Shown in pieces: positions 1-9,127 of a stretch of 64,000 bases of DNA. Every line of letters begins with the position of its first letter. Position 1 is the stretch's first letter. The notes beneath the pieces were generated by a model. The model was not told the DNA's origin and ran no database searches. It worked only from the letters and a program-made list of their open reading frames with translations. Made by a program: the position numbers and the translations under genes. Source of the stretch: a bacterium (GTDB taxonomy: Bacteria > Fidelibacterota > Fidelibacteria > Fidelibacterales > Fidelibacteraceae); the NCBI GenBank assembly GCA_963676395.1, contig OY781066.1, positions 1,344,001 through 1,408,000 of the forward strand. The letters run 5' to 3'.

Positions 1-4
1 GCTG

Positions 5-271
5 ATGATGGATATCCAAGATATGGTCACTAACGGTAAATCAGCTAAAGAAATTGCACCCAAACTTGATAAGTTGAATGCTTTGAAAGCTAATATGGCC
101 AGTGAACGCTTGGATCATCAGGTCAAAGTTCGCAAGATCGTGGGTGAAGAGAAATATAAACAAATGCATATGGCAAGAAAGCATATGGGACAAGGTCGCA
201 AAGGAAAAGCCGGTAAAAGAGTTAAGCAGTTTAAAGGCAATGGATGTATGGATGGACAAGGTCGTTATTAA
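5..271 (+). CDS. Spy/CpxP-like periplasmic protein, 3' part (probably truncated by window edge)
   Basis: Helical segment 'KLNALKANMASERLDHQVKVRKIVGEEKYKQM' with an M/H/G/K-rich tail; followed by a hairpin. Confidence 0.45.
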   Translation: MMDIQDMVTNGKSAKEIAPKLDKLNALKANMASERLDHQVKVRKIVGEEKYKQMHMARKHMGQGRKGKAGKRVKQFKGNGCMDGQGRY

Positions 272-300
272 GATAAACCTTAATTACTTTCCGATACATG

Positions 301-329
301 ACAAAGCCCCGAATTTTTCGGGGCTTTGT
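301..329. terminator. Hairpin between convergent genes
   Basis: ACAAAGCCCCGAA-ttt-TTCGGGGCTTTGT, perfect 13-bp stem. Confidence 0.75.
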
Positions 330-418
330 TGTATTTAAATAATATGGTATGGAAACGTTGTGTTGTGTCAGATGAAGCTTTTGTGCAGACTGGATCCTTG
401 TTTATTTTTCAATAAAAT

Positions 419-1609
419 TTAGCTAAGTATGGCTTCAGCTAATTCCTTTGCCAGTGCATCACATAATTCATAATCATTGGGTTTTGCCGAGTATTTTGCT
501 TCGATAGAATCACCGACTTTGTTCCAGTCGAGTTCTTCAACATGTTTGTTTAGGGCCTTAACACCCCCGCCGCTCCATGTCGAGGTGCCAAGAATGGCAA
601 CATGGCGAGATGCCATTTTGCGTTCTAGAAATTTATGTACGATCTGCTTGATCGATGGGAAAAGGGCGTTATTGTATGCCGGTGAAGCGAGTACCACACC
701 GTTATATTTCCAGACGGCTGAGATCATAAATGAAGGATGTGTTTCGGAGGCATCATAGACTTCAATTTCGGGAACACCGTATTCTTTGAGTTTACGGGCA
801 AAGTAATCCGCCATCTCTTCGGTATGTCCGTACATTGAGCCATAAATCACCACGGCACCGGGACGGGTTTCTTCGCGACTCCATTTGTCGTAACGTTCCA
901 AGGCCCACATAGGATTGCTTCTAAAAACAGGTCCGTGAGTTGCTCCGACCATTTTGATGGGAACACCTTCGAGTGTTTTGAATGCGCGTTGTACATTTTT
1001 GCCGTACTTACCGACAATGTTTGAATAGTATCGACGCATTTCATCTTCGTAATTATCGATCTGTAGTTCATCGTCAAATACACCGCCGTCCAAGGTTCCA
1101 AAAGATCCAAAGGCATCTCCTGAAAAGAGGATACCATCTTTTTCATCAAAGGTCATCATCGTTTCGGGCCAGTGTACCATAGGCGTGGAATAGAATTTTA
1201 ATGTTCTGTCACCGGTTTTTAGTGTATCACCATGTCCGACGATAAGCTTGTTTTTCATCTCACCATAAAAGCCATCAAGGAATTTAAATGTATTTACATT
1301 ACCTACGATGATAAGATCCGGGTAGGATTTTAATAGAGAAGTCAAAGCACCTGAGTGATCTGGCTCTGTATGGTTAACCACAAGATAATCCAGTGTTTTA
1401 CCTTGTAAGATATCTTGTATTTCCGAAATGAATGAGTCGGTGTTTGTCAATTCAACCGTATCAACCAGAACGGTTTTTGTATCGTTAATTAAATAAGCAT
1501 TATATGAAACACCTTGAGGCAAAGGCCAAAGGTTTTCGAAACGTGAAGTACGGCGATCGTTCACACCAAGGTAGTGTACATTTTTGCTCAATTTAATATT
1601 TCTGTTCAT
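419..1609 (-). CDS. fprA: FprA family flavodiiron (A-type flavo)protein
   Basis: MBL-like motifs NHTEPDHSG, HWPETM, FSGDAFG; C-terminal flavodoxin domain YGSMYGHT. Confidence 0.93.
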   Translation of the reverse strand: MNRNIKLSKNVHYLGVNDRRTSRFENLWPLPQGVSYNAYLINDTKTVLVDTVELTNTDSFISEIQDILQGKTLDYLVVNHTEPDHSGALTSLLKSYPDLIIVGNVNTFKFLDGFYGEMKNKLIVGHGDTLKTGDRTLKFYSTPMVHWPETMMTFDEKDGILFSGDAFGSFGTLDGGVFDDELQIDNYEDEMRRYYSNIVGKYGKNVQRAFKTLEGVPIKMVGATHGPVFRSNPMWALERYDKWSREETRPGAVVIYGSMYGHTEEMADYFARKLKEYGVPEIEVYDASETHPSFMISAVWKYNGVVLASPAYNNALFPSIKQIVHKFLERKMASRHVAILGTSTWSGGGVKALNKHVEELDWNKVGDSIEAKYSAKPNDYELCDALAKELAEAILS

Positions 1610-1814
1610 TAGGGCTCCTATTCTATTTCAATTGTAAATATAATATAAAAAATGAGTAGGGAGTAGGGAGAAATAAGAAAGAAAAGTATTAAACCTTAAA
1701 ATGTAGGAAACGATCTTAGATTGTTCTTTAGACTTATTTTTGACTATCATAGATCAATGATAATATTAGAAATATTAGAGAAGAGGTTTAATACTTTGAG
1801 TTCGAATTGATGTC

Positions 1815-4172
1815 TTAAGTTCTTAAGCTCACCAGCGTTACCCCAACACCACCATGCTCGGGATCGGCAAATTTATAGGATTTTACACGCTTATCTTTGG
1901 CAAGAATATCATGAATGACTTTTTGCAAAATACCGCCACCGGTACCATGGAGGATTTCAATAGATGAAAGTCCGGAAAGTACTGCATTATCAATAAATTT
2001 ATCGCATTCTTCCATGGCGGCTTCGGCACGTTTGCCACGTAGATCTAAATGATAAGAGGAGCCGCTGTGGGAATGTGAGATCATGGTGGAAATACGCTGT
2101 TTACGCTTGCGCGCGGGTTCTAGCCAGTCGGAGTTTAACCTCAATCGCGAGCCATCCACGTCCACCCAGATCTTTCGGGTTTTTTTGTTGATCTCAAGGA
2201 TCTTTCCGTTTTGGCTCATGGTAGGAATGTAAACATCCATTCCGACTGTCAATTCGTGAAGTTTCATAGCTTGAGTCGGCGCTTCAACTGTAAGCTCTCG
2301 TTTTTCGGTTACGACTTGCTTTGCCTTGTTAAAGGTCGCTTGCGCTTCGCGAATGGCATTTTTGCCTGCCTGTTGTTCTTTAATTTGGCGGATACTGGCT
2401 TCCAGTTCCTTGCGCATATCGGCAATCATACTTTCGGCACGTTTAACCGCTTCTTTTTCGGCTTTTTTGTATTTATGGTCGATATCTTTGCGTTTATCTT
2501 CGACGTATTTGAGCTTTTGTTTGTAATCTTTTTCTTTGTCTTTAGCCTCTTTCAACTGAATGTCATAACGGGAGATCTTTCGCTGAAGGTCCACAATAAG
2601 CCTTTCCAGTTTTTCACGCTGGTGACCCACACGAGCTTTTGCGTGCTTGATCACGCGTTCGTCCAACTCAAAACGCGAAGCAATATCAATAGCATATGAC
2701 GAACCGGGAATTCCCATGATAAATTCATAGCTGGGAATAAAATCACGATCATTGAATTTCATACTACCATTCTCGAAGAGGGGGGAGTCGAAAGCCAGGG
2801 TTTTTAATGATCCATGGTGAGTGGTGGCAATGATAGTAGTGCCACGTTCACTGAGTAGTTTTAGGATACCTTCAGCAAGGGCCGCACCTTCGTCGGGGTC
2901 AGTGCCCGTACCAAGTTCATCGATTAGAACCAATGAATTTTCTGTAGCTTCGTTTACGATATTTTTCAGTGATAAAATATGAGAAGAAAATGTCGAGAGA
3001 CCACCATCAATGGATTGTCCGTCTCCGATATCCACAAAGATCTTATCATATTCGGGAAGGATGGAATTTGCATTCAAAGGTAATAAAAAGCCGGCTTGGT
3101 TCATAATAGCAAGAAGGCCGATAGTTTTTAATGTGACTGTTTTACCACCGGCATTGGGCCCCGTGACTATAATCCCGCACTTACCTTCGGGGATCTCCAT
3201 GTTCAAGGGGACCGGCTCTGTGGTAAAATTTAATTCCAGGTTTCGGCCGTTTACAATGTGCAGTCGTTCACCTTCTTCATCCGGTTTTTCCAAATTAAAT
3301 TGTAACGCGAGTTTTGCGTTGGCATGGATAAGGTCGAATTGTTCCAATACATCTATACACAGTTCAACGGATGGTAAATGTTCGCGTAGGCGAGAGCTGG
3401 CTTCTAGCAAGATCCTGCGAATTTCTTGGCGTTCTTCTTGTTTGACTTGATAAAGTTCATTGTTCATTTCAACAATGACCATGGGCTCCACATAGATGGT
3501 CTGGCCGGTTTGAGATTGGTCGTGAATAATACCGGGTGCTTTTGATCGACGCGAGGCACGAATGGGGATGACTTGTCGTCCGTTTCGAAAAGCGACCGTA
3601 TCCTCGGAGGCAATGGATTCGCTTAGCCATTCACCGGCAATTTGTGTGACCTTGCTCCGAATGCGACCATCAAGCTTAGCAAGCTGTTTTCGCAAACGAT
3701 ATAACTCCGAAGATGCTTTATCCGATATCTGCCTGTCGGAATCAAAAAGCGAAAAAATATATTTTTCAAGTTCTTCAAGATCCGGATTATAGGACTTAAT
3801 TAGTTTTTTCAGTTCGGGATATTTATTTTCCCGTTGATGAAAATAAGCGGCAACTCTGCGTGCATGGCGCATGATATTTGCCAGACCGTAGAGCTCTTCT
3901 TCTATTAGCATATTACCTTTAATACGTGCCTTGGCAGTAATCTCACTTTGTATTGGAAAACCGATCAACGGTAATGCCGTGTCTAGCGCCATCAAGTCAC
4001 GCATTTCAAGGTGTTGCTGTTGTTTTTTTAGGTATATGTGCTTTGGTTGAAATGAGCTTAGGTTCAATGCCGCATGTTCGCTCATTTCACATAGGGTATA
4101 TGAGGCCAGTTTTTCTCTGACCGTGTTGTATCCAAGTTGTTGATATATGTTGCTCAATGTGTTGTCCGTCAT
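1815..4172 (-). CDS. mutS2: Endonuclease MutS2
   Basis: Walker A TGPNAGGKT, LIDELGTGTDP, TTHH, coiled coil, C-terminal Smr domain LDLRG...IEILHGTGGG; start may be TTG a few codons downstream. Confidence 0.95.
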   Translation of the reverse strand: MTDNTLSNIYQQLGYNTVREKLASYTLCEMSEHAALNLSSFQPKHIYLKKQQQHLEMRDLMALDTALPLIGFPIQSEITAKARIKGNMLIEEELYGLANIMRHARRVAAYFHQRENKYPELKKLIKSYNPDLEELEKYIFSLFDSDRQISDKASSELYRLRKQLAKLDGRIRSKVTQIAGEWLSESIASEDTVAFRNGRQVIPIRASRRSKAPGIIHDQSQTGQTIYVEPMVIVEMNNELYQVKQEERQEIRRILLEASSRLREHLPSVELCIDVLEQFDLIHANAKLALQFNLEKPDEEGERLHIVNGRNLELNFTTEPVPLNMEIPEGKCGIIVTGPNAGGKTVTLKTIGLLAIMNQAGFLLPLNANSILPEYDKIFVDIGDGQSIDGGLSTFSSHILSLKNIVNEATENSLVLIDELGTGTDPDEGAALAEGILKLLSERGTTIIATTHHGSLKTLAFDSPLFENGSMKFNDRDFIPSYEFIMGIPGSSYAIDIASRFELDERVIKHAKARVGHQREKLERLIVDLQRKISRYDIQLKEAKDKEKDYKQKLKYVEDKRKDIDHKYKKAEKEAVKRAESMIADMRKELEASIRQIKEQQAGKNAIREAQATFNKAKQVVTEKRELTVEAPTQAMKLHELTVGMDVYIPTMSQNGKILEINKKTRKIWVDVDGSRLRLNSDWLEPARKRKQRISTMISHSHSGSSYHLDLRGKRAEAAMEECDKFIDNAVLSGLSSIEILHGTGGGILQKVIHDILAKDKRVKSYKFADPEHGGVGVTLVSLRT

Positions 4173-4211
4173 CCTGAAACGAAGGCTTCAGCCTTCGGGG
4201 TTCAGGATCTC
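4167..4211 (+). repeat. CGTC-tagged palindromic (REP-like) repeat, family A, left flank of the GIY-YIG gene
   Basis: CGTC-ATCCTGAA-A-CGAAGGCT-tc-AGCCTTCG-GGG-TTCAGGAT-CTC. Confidence 0.9.
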
Positions 4212-4220
4212 GATAAATTT

Positions 4221-4583
4221 TTAATTTTCTCTGTAATATTCGTCTAGTTTATCCATTTTACTGCAAATTTCGATATTTTCGTAATCTTCTTTGCTAAACC
4301 AATCTTTTGATATATCATTTAATCCTTCATTTTCTCTTTTTATTAATTTCCACTTCCAAGCTCGATGCCATTTTTTTAATTGTTTTTCTCGAGCTATCGC
4401 ATCTATCATCAATGGGTATTCTTCATAGTACATCAGCTCCGTTAAATTGTATTTATTACTGAATTCGCAACCATGACCTGATTTATGCTCAAACATCCTT
4501 CTTTCAATATCATTTGTAACACCTATGTATAAAACGGTTCTGTTTTTATTACTTATAATGTAAACATAACTTAATTCGTTCAT
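4221..4583 (-). CDS. Stand-alone GIY-YIG nuclease family protein
   Basis: YVYI...LYIGVTNDIERRMFEH...YYEE...AIAREKQLKKWHRAWK motifs; AT-richer than neighbours. Confidence 0.92.
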   Translation of the reverse strand: MNELSYVYIISNKNRTVLYIGVTNDIERRMFEHKSGHGCEFSNKYNLTELMYYEEYPLMIDAIAREKQLKKWHRAWKWKLIKRENEGLNDISKDWFSKEDYENIEICSKMDKLDEYYREN

Positions 4584-4597
4584 GTTTTATCTCACTA

Positions 4598-4643
4598 GAG
4601 ATCCTGAACCCCGATGTCCTTTGGACATCGTTTCAGGATGACT
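4598..4643 (-). repeat. REP-like repeat, family A, right flank of the GIY-YIG gene (inverted)
   Basis: Minus strand: AGTC-ATCCTGAA-A-CGATGTCC-aaa-GGACATCG-GGG-TTCAGGAT-CTC. Confidence 0.9.
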
Positions 4644-4711
4644 ACTCATATCTTATGGATGCAATATTTTTTAATATTATTCCTTTTATCTTTCTTCTTA
4701 TCTACTACCTA

Positions 4712-7078
4712 CTACATCAAGTTCACCGGATCTCGATTGATGAGTATTTTGACATATTTTTCTTCTTGTTTAAAGTTTTTGGCCACGTGTTGTAAAATAC
4801 TGGCTGTTTTGTTGCCGTTTGGATCTTGCTTGCGATCAGCCTTTACCAGTATTTGCCAGCGAGTGATCTCTTTAATCTTTTCAATAGCTGCGGGGGCGGG
4901 CCCCAAACAATTACATGAAGGCATATTGTTTAATAATCGCTTTTGAAGTCTAAATGATGCCGCCTGAACTTCACGTGCATTTTTTCCGCTGACCCGAAGT
5001 AAAAAGAGTCTGCTGAACGGCGGATAGGTCAACTCCCTGCGATGAAACAGCTCAAGATTATAAAATTGTCTTAACTCCAGTTTGGCTGCCATTTTAATGA
5101 CGGCTTCTTCGGGAGAAAAAGTTTGTATATATACTTCTCCGGGATACTTCGATCGGCCGGCTCTGCCACTGACCTGATAGATCAATTGAAATAATCGTTC
5201 GTTGGCACGGTGATCGGGAATTCCCATGCCGGTATCGGCATTAATAATAGCTACCATTGTGACTTTTGGGAAATCCAAACCTTTTGCGATCATTTGAGTT
5301 CCAAGCAAGATATCTTGTTTGCCCTCTTCGAATTCGTTTAAAATCCTCGCGTGTGCATGTTTTGTGCGTGTGGTATCCATATCCATTCTAGCAACTCGAG
5401 CATTTGGGAAAAGTCTCGATAGCTCTTCTTCGATCTTTTGTGTTCCATGCCCCATAGGCTCTAATGATATCGAACCGCAGTGTTTACAAGCCTTTGTCAT
5501 GGGGAAATTAGCATTACAAGAATGGCACACCAGTTTATCCAATTTTTTATGATATGTCAATGCTACCGAACAATTTGGACACTCATGGATCTCATTGCAT
5601 TCACTGCAAACTAACACGGTATTATACCCGCGACGGTTCTGCAGAATGATCGCCTGTTTTTCATCTTTTAAGGTTTTTTGTAGACCTTCTAATAGCTCCC
5701 GACTAAACAGTCCTTGTCGGGGTGCTTCCAGCATGTCGATCAAATGCACCTTAGGCAGCTTTGCTTCTCCAAAGCGCCGAGTCATTTCAAGTCTGTCATA
5801 GCGGCCAAGAGCCGAAAGGTAATAGCTCTCCAGGCTTGGGGTTGCAGAACCTAAAACGATGGGAATACCAATAATGTGAGCATACATCACAGCCGCATCG
5901 CGTGCATGGTAGCGAGGTGCGGGTTCTTCTTGTTTGTATGAGCTTTCCTGCTCTTCGTCTACAACGATCAGGCCAATATTGTTCAAGGGTGCAAGAAGAG
6001 CCGATCGTGCGCCTACAAGAACATGGATGGCTCCTTTTTGGATCTGGGTCCAGGTCCAAAGTCGCTCCGCATCACTCATTTGAGAGTGCCAGATAGCTAC
6101 TTTCTCACCGAAGGTGGAGCGGAAACGAGCGGCTATCTGCGGAGTGATGGCAATTTCGGGTACAAGTATCAGAACTTTTTTCCCCGCGGCTAATTGTTTT
6201 TTGGCTAATTCAATATAGACTTCGGTTTTACCACTGCCGGTTACACCATGGAGTAAAGCAGGGTAAAAACGGTTAAAGTTTTTTTCGATTTTAGCGATCA
6301 CTTGTTTTTGCTCATCAGAAAGTCGAACATCACGTACACGTTCTTTCACAAGATGTTCAAATGGATCGGCAGGCACTTCCATTTCACAGGCCTCAAGTAC
6401 TTCGTTTTCCAGCATTTTGTTCAGAACGGCTGCTGAAACACCCAGCTTGCGTTGTATTACGCGCTTTTCTTCTTTGGGTGTATCGAGCGAAGATAGAAGA
6501 TTGATAACATCTCGTTGCCGTTTTGTTACTTCGGCATTGGGGTTGATCAATTTAACCGCTTTGACAATTCTGGCTTTCTTGGCTTTTGGGAAAATATTGT
6601 CAATGTAAAGACGACCTGCTTTTAATCCTTCATGCAGTTCTTTTTGTCGAGCTTCTGGTAAATCTAAAAAGGCCAGCATCGAAAGACCGCCCTCGGGAAC
6701 TTCAGGCCAATTTTCGCGATCTTCATCATTCTTGATAAAACAATACTGGGTGCGCTTAAAGCCGGCTTCCGAAGGGTGAGCAGCACGGCAACACATACCG
6801 ATGGGAGCCAAATAATAATCGGCCATCCACTTGATAAGTTTGATCAGATCCTCAGAGAAAATAGGGGAGGTATCGATCACATCGGAAATGCTTTTAAGTT
6901 TATATGCGGGTTTAGCCGGAAGCACAGGGAACACATCAAGACAATATCCGATCTGTGAACGCGCCCCAAAAGAAGCATTTACGCGCATTCCCGGCTTAAG
7001 TTTTTCAACAAAATCCTCGGGTACCGTGTAGGTATATGTCTGATATACGTCCTGTGGAAAGGCTAGAGAGCAATACAT
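4712..7078 (-). CDS. priA: Primosomal protein N' (replication restart helicase)
   Basis: LHGVTGSGKT, VVDEEQE, SATPSLES, two CxxC clusters, GTQMIAKGLDFP. Confidence 0.97.
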   Translation of the reverse strand: MYCSLAFPQDVYQTYTYTVPEDFVEKLKPGMRVNASFGARSQIGYCLDVFPVLPAKPAYKLKSISDVIDTSPIFSEDLIKLIKWMADYYLAPIGMCCRAAHPSEAGFKRTQYCFIKNDEDRENWPEVPEGGLSMLAFLDLPEARQKELHEGLKAGRLYIDNIFPKAKKARIVKAVKLINPNAEVTKRQRDVINLLSSLDTPKEEKRVIQRKLGVSAAVLNKMLENEVLEACEMEVPADPFEHLVKERVRDVRLSDEQKQVIAKIEKNFNRFYPALLHGVTGSGKTEVYIELAKKQLAAGKKVLILVPEIAITPQIAARFRSTFGEKVAIWHSQMSDAERLWTWTQIQKGAIHVLVGARSALLAPLNNIGLIVVDEEQESSYKQEEPAPRYHARDAAVMYAHIIGIPIVLGSATPSLESYYLSALGRYDRLEMTRRFGEAKLPKVHLIDMLEAPRQGLFSRELLEGLQKTLKDEKQAIILQNRRGYNTVLVCSECNEIHECPNCSVALTYHKKLDKLVCHSCNANFPMTKACKHCGSISLEPMGHGTQKIEEELSRLFPNARVARMDMDTTRTKHAHARILNEFEEGKQDILLGTQMIAKGLDFPKVTMVAIINADTGMGIPDHRANERLFQLIYQVSGRAGRSKYPGEVYIQTFSPEEAVIKMAAKLELRQFYNLELFHRRELTYPPFSRLFLLRVSGKNAREVQAASFRLQKRLLNNMPSCNCLGPAPAAIEKIKEITRWQILVKADRKQDPNGNKTASILQHVAKNFKQEEKYVKILINRDPVNLM

Positions 7079-7124
7079 CTTTAAATTTAGCCTTTTGGTC
7101 GGAGCTTAACAATAGAATTTCTGT

Positions 7125-7147
7125 AAAGGTGACATGTATCACATTTT
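7125..7147. promoter_or_regulatory. CRP/FNR-family-like palindromic site
   Basis: aaaGGTGA-catgta-TCACAtttt vs consensus TGTGA-N6-TCACA, between divergent priA and trpR. Confidence 0.35.
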
Positions 7148-7484
7148 GCTGAAAGAAAAATAATGATAAGATATGCCGGATGAATTATTTTTCATAGAAA
7201 ATGAGTATGATAAATAGTTATCCGTTATTAATAATCAGCAGGAATGGCATACCTTTATCATATATAGATTATTTAGCCTGATGTATTGATCAAAGAGACT
7301 TATCGATTGTTTTCGATCGGTCTGTTGAGCCGACGGGTTGTTGCTCACACTTTTTTCACTCTTTATTCACCTCACCCCCCAGACTTACTATCCTATGAGC
7401 TGTTTCTATAAAAAAGAACAAAAAACAGTTGCGTGCAATGGAAATTCTTCTTATGTTGCTGTCCGTAGAAACAAGGAACAAACG

Positions 7485-7760
7485 ATGCAACGATACAAAG
7501 AACTGGCTAAAGTCTTTTCTCAGATAGAGAGCGAAAAGGAAATGGAGCATTTTCTGATCGAGATCCTGACGGAAAGCGAATTGGAGGCATTGCACTTTCG
7601 ATGGCGACTGATGCAGGACCTTTACCATGGTGAAACTCAGCGGAACATTGCCGAGAAACACCATATCTCCTTGTGTAAGATCACAAGGGGATCGAAAATC
7701 TTAAAAGACCCGAAATCAATCAGCCTGAAGCTGTTAAAAAAATTGGAGAAAGAACAATGA
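7485..7760 (+). CDS. trpR: TrpR-like (Trp repressor family) HTH regulator
   Basis: [17 protein letters not shown]...[23 protein letters not shown]; start moved to ATG 7485 after AAGGA; overlaps trpB start (ATGA). Confidence 0.85.
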   Translation: MQRYKELAKVFSQIESEKEMEHFLIEILTESELEALHFRWRLMQDLYHGETQRNIAEKHHISLCKITRGSKILKDPKSISLKLLKKLEKEQ

Positions 7761-8965
7761 GTAAGTTAGGACAAATGCCAGATGCACAAGGAAACTTTGG
7801 AGAATACGGTGGACAAATTTTACCTCCACCCCTTATTGAGGTTATGAACGGCATTGCTGAAGAATATGAGAGAATTAGAAATACAACGGAATTTACCGAA
7901 GAATTATATGATTTATATACTCACTATGTAGGTCGCCCTTCCCCCATTTTTCATGCCAAAAATTTGTCTAAGAAATTGGGCGGAGCGCAGATCTATTTCA
8001 AACGAGAAGACCTGAACCACACCGGTGCTCATAAGATCAACCATTGTCTGGGTGAAGCCCTACTTGCAAAAGCCATGGGCAAGAAGAAGATCCTGGCGGA
8101 AACCGGTGCCGGACAACATGGCGTTGCTCTCGCAACGGCCGCAGCCCTTGTCGGATTGGAATGTGATATTTATATGGGCGAAGTGGACATAGCAAAGGAG
8201 CATCCGAATGTTATCCGAATGCAGATCCTGGGTGCACGAGTGATCCCTGTTGCTCAAGGTACAAAAACGCTGAAAGACGCCGTGGATGCGGCATTTGTAG
8301 CCTATGTTGAAGATCCTGTAACTCAGCTTTATGCTATCGGATCTGTTGTTGGTCCTCATCCTTTCCCTGCCATGGTAAGGGATTTTCAGTCGGTTGTCGG
8401 TCGCGAAGCCAAAGAACAATTTCAACAAATGACCGGCAAACTTCCCGATACGCTCATGGCCTGTGTAGGTGGTGGTTCGAACTCTATTGGCCTATTTACG
8501 GAATTTCTTGAAGATGATGTGGACATTTACGGTGTTGAGCCGGCGGGATTGAGTTTTAAACCCGGTGAGCATGCAGCAACTATGACCCTGGGTAAACCCG
8601 GTGTGATCCATGGATTTAAATGTCATCTATTACAGGATGAAAAAGGTGAGCCATCACCGGTATATTCCGTTGCATCCGGTTTAGACTATCCGGGAGTCGG
8701 GCCTCAACATAGTTATTTGAAAGATATTGAGCGTATTAAATATGTAACAGCCAATGATAAAGAGGCCATTGATGCCTTCTTTGAAATCTCGCGAGTTGAG
8801 GGCATTATCCCGGCGCTTGAATCGGCTCATGCCATTGCGTATGTCATGAAACTGGCTCCGACATTACCTAAAGATCACACGATTCTTGTTAATCTTTCCG
8901 GTCGCGGTGATAAAGATATTGATTTTGTTGTCGATAAATATGGTAAGGATTACGGTATAGAATAA
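7757..8965 (+). CDS. trpB: Tryptophan synthase beta subunit
   Basis: [14 protein letters not shown] (PLP lysine), [32 protein letters not shown]. Confidence 0.97.
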   Translation: MSKLGQMPDAQGNFGEYGGQILPPPLIEVMNGIAEEYERIRNTTEFTEELYDLYTHYVGRPSPIFHAKNLSKKLGGAQIYFKREDLNHTGAHKINHCLGEALLAKAMGKKKILAETGAGQHGVALATAAALVGLECDIYMGEVDIAKEHPNVIRMQILGARVIPVAQGTKTLKDAVDAAFVAYVEDPVTQLYAIGSVVGPHPFPAMVRDFQSVVGREAKEQFQQMTGKLPDTLMACVGGGSNSIGLFTEFLEDDVDIYGVEPAGLSFKPGEHAATMTLGKPGVIHGFKCHLLQDEKGEPSPVYSVASGLDYPGVGPQHSYLKDIERIKYVTANDKEAIDAFFEISRVEGIIPALESAHAIAYVMKLAPTLPKDHTILVNLSGRGDKDIDFVVDKYGKDYGIE

Positions 8966-8991
8966 GATTTTGACACTTGATAAATAGACAG

Positions 8992-9016
8992 AAAAAGGCG
9001 CGGAAGCGCCTTTTTT
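8992..9016. terminator. Bidirectional intrinsic terminator
   Basis: AAAAAGGCGC-ggaa-GCGCCTTTTTT between convergent genes. Confidence 0.85.
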
Positions 9017-9127
9017 ATTTTAAACTATATTTGATTCGAATCATATTAATAAATTCTATTCAACATGAGAGATATGTGGTTAGGTATTGATCAGTTGAAC
9101 AATTGAACTAAGATGGATTTTTATTGA

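Noticed and set aside
4160..4650. Classical IS element with terminal inverted repeats
   Set aside because: No DDE/HUH transposase and no target-site duplication visible; the flanks are self-folding palindromes
4614..4946. 110-aa plus-strand ORF
   Set aside because: Starts inside the repeat and runs antisense to priA; spurious
7338..7484. N-terminal extension of TrpR or a Trp leader peptide
   Set aside because: The extension contains no Trp codons and the better SD/ATG is at 7485
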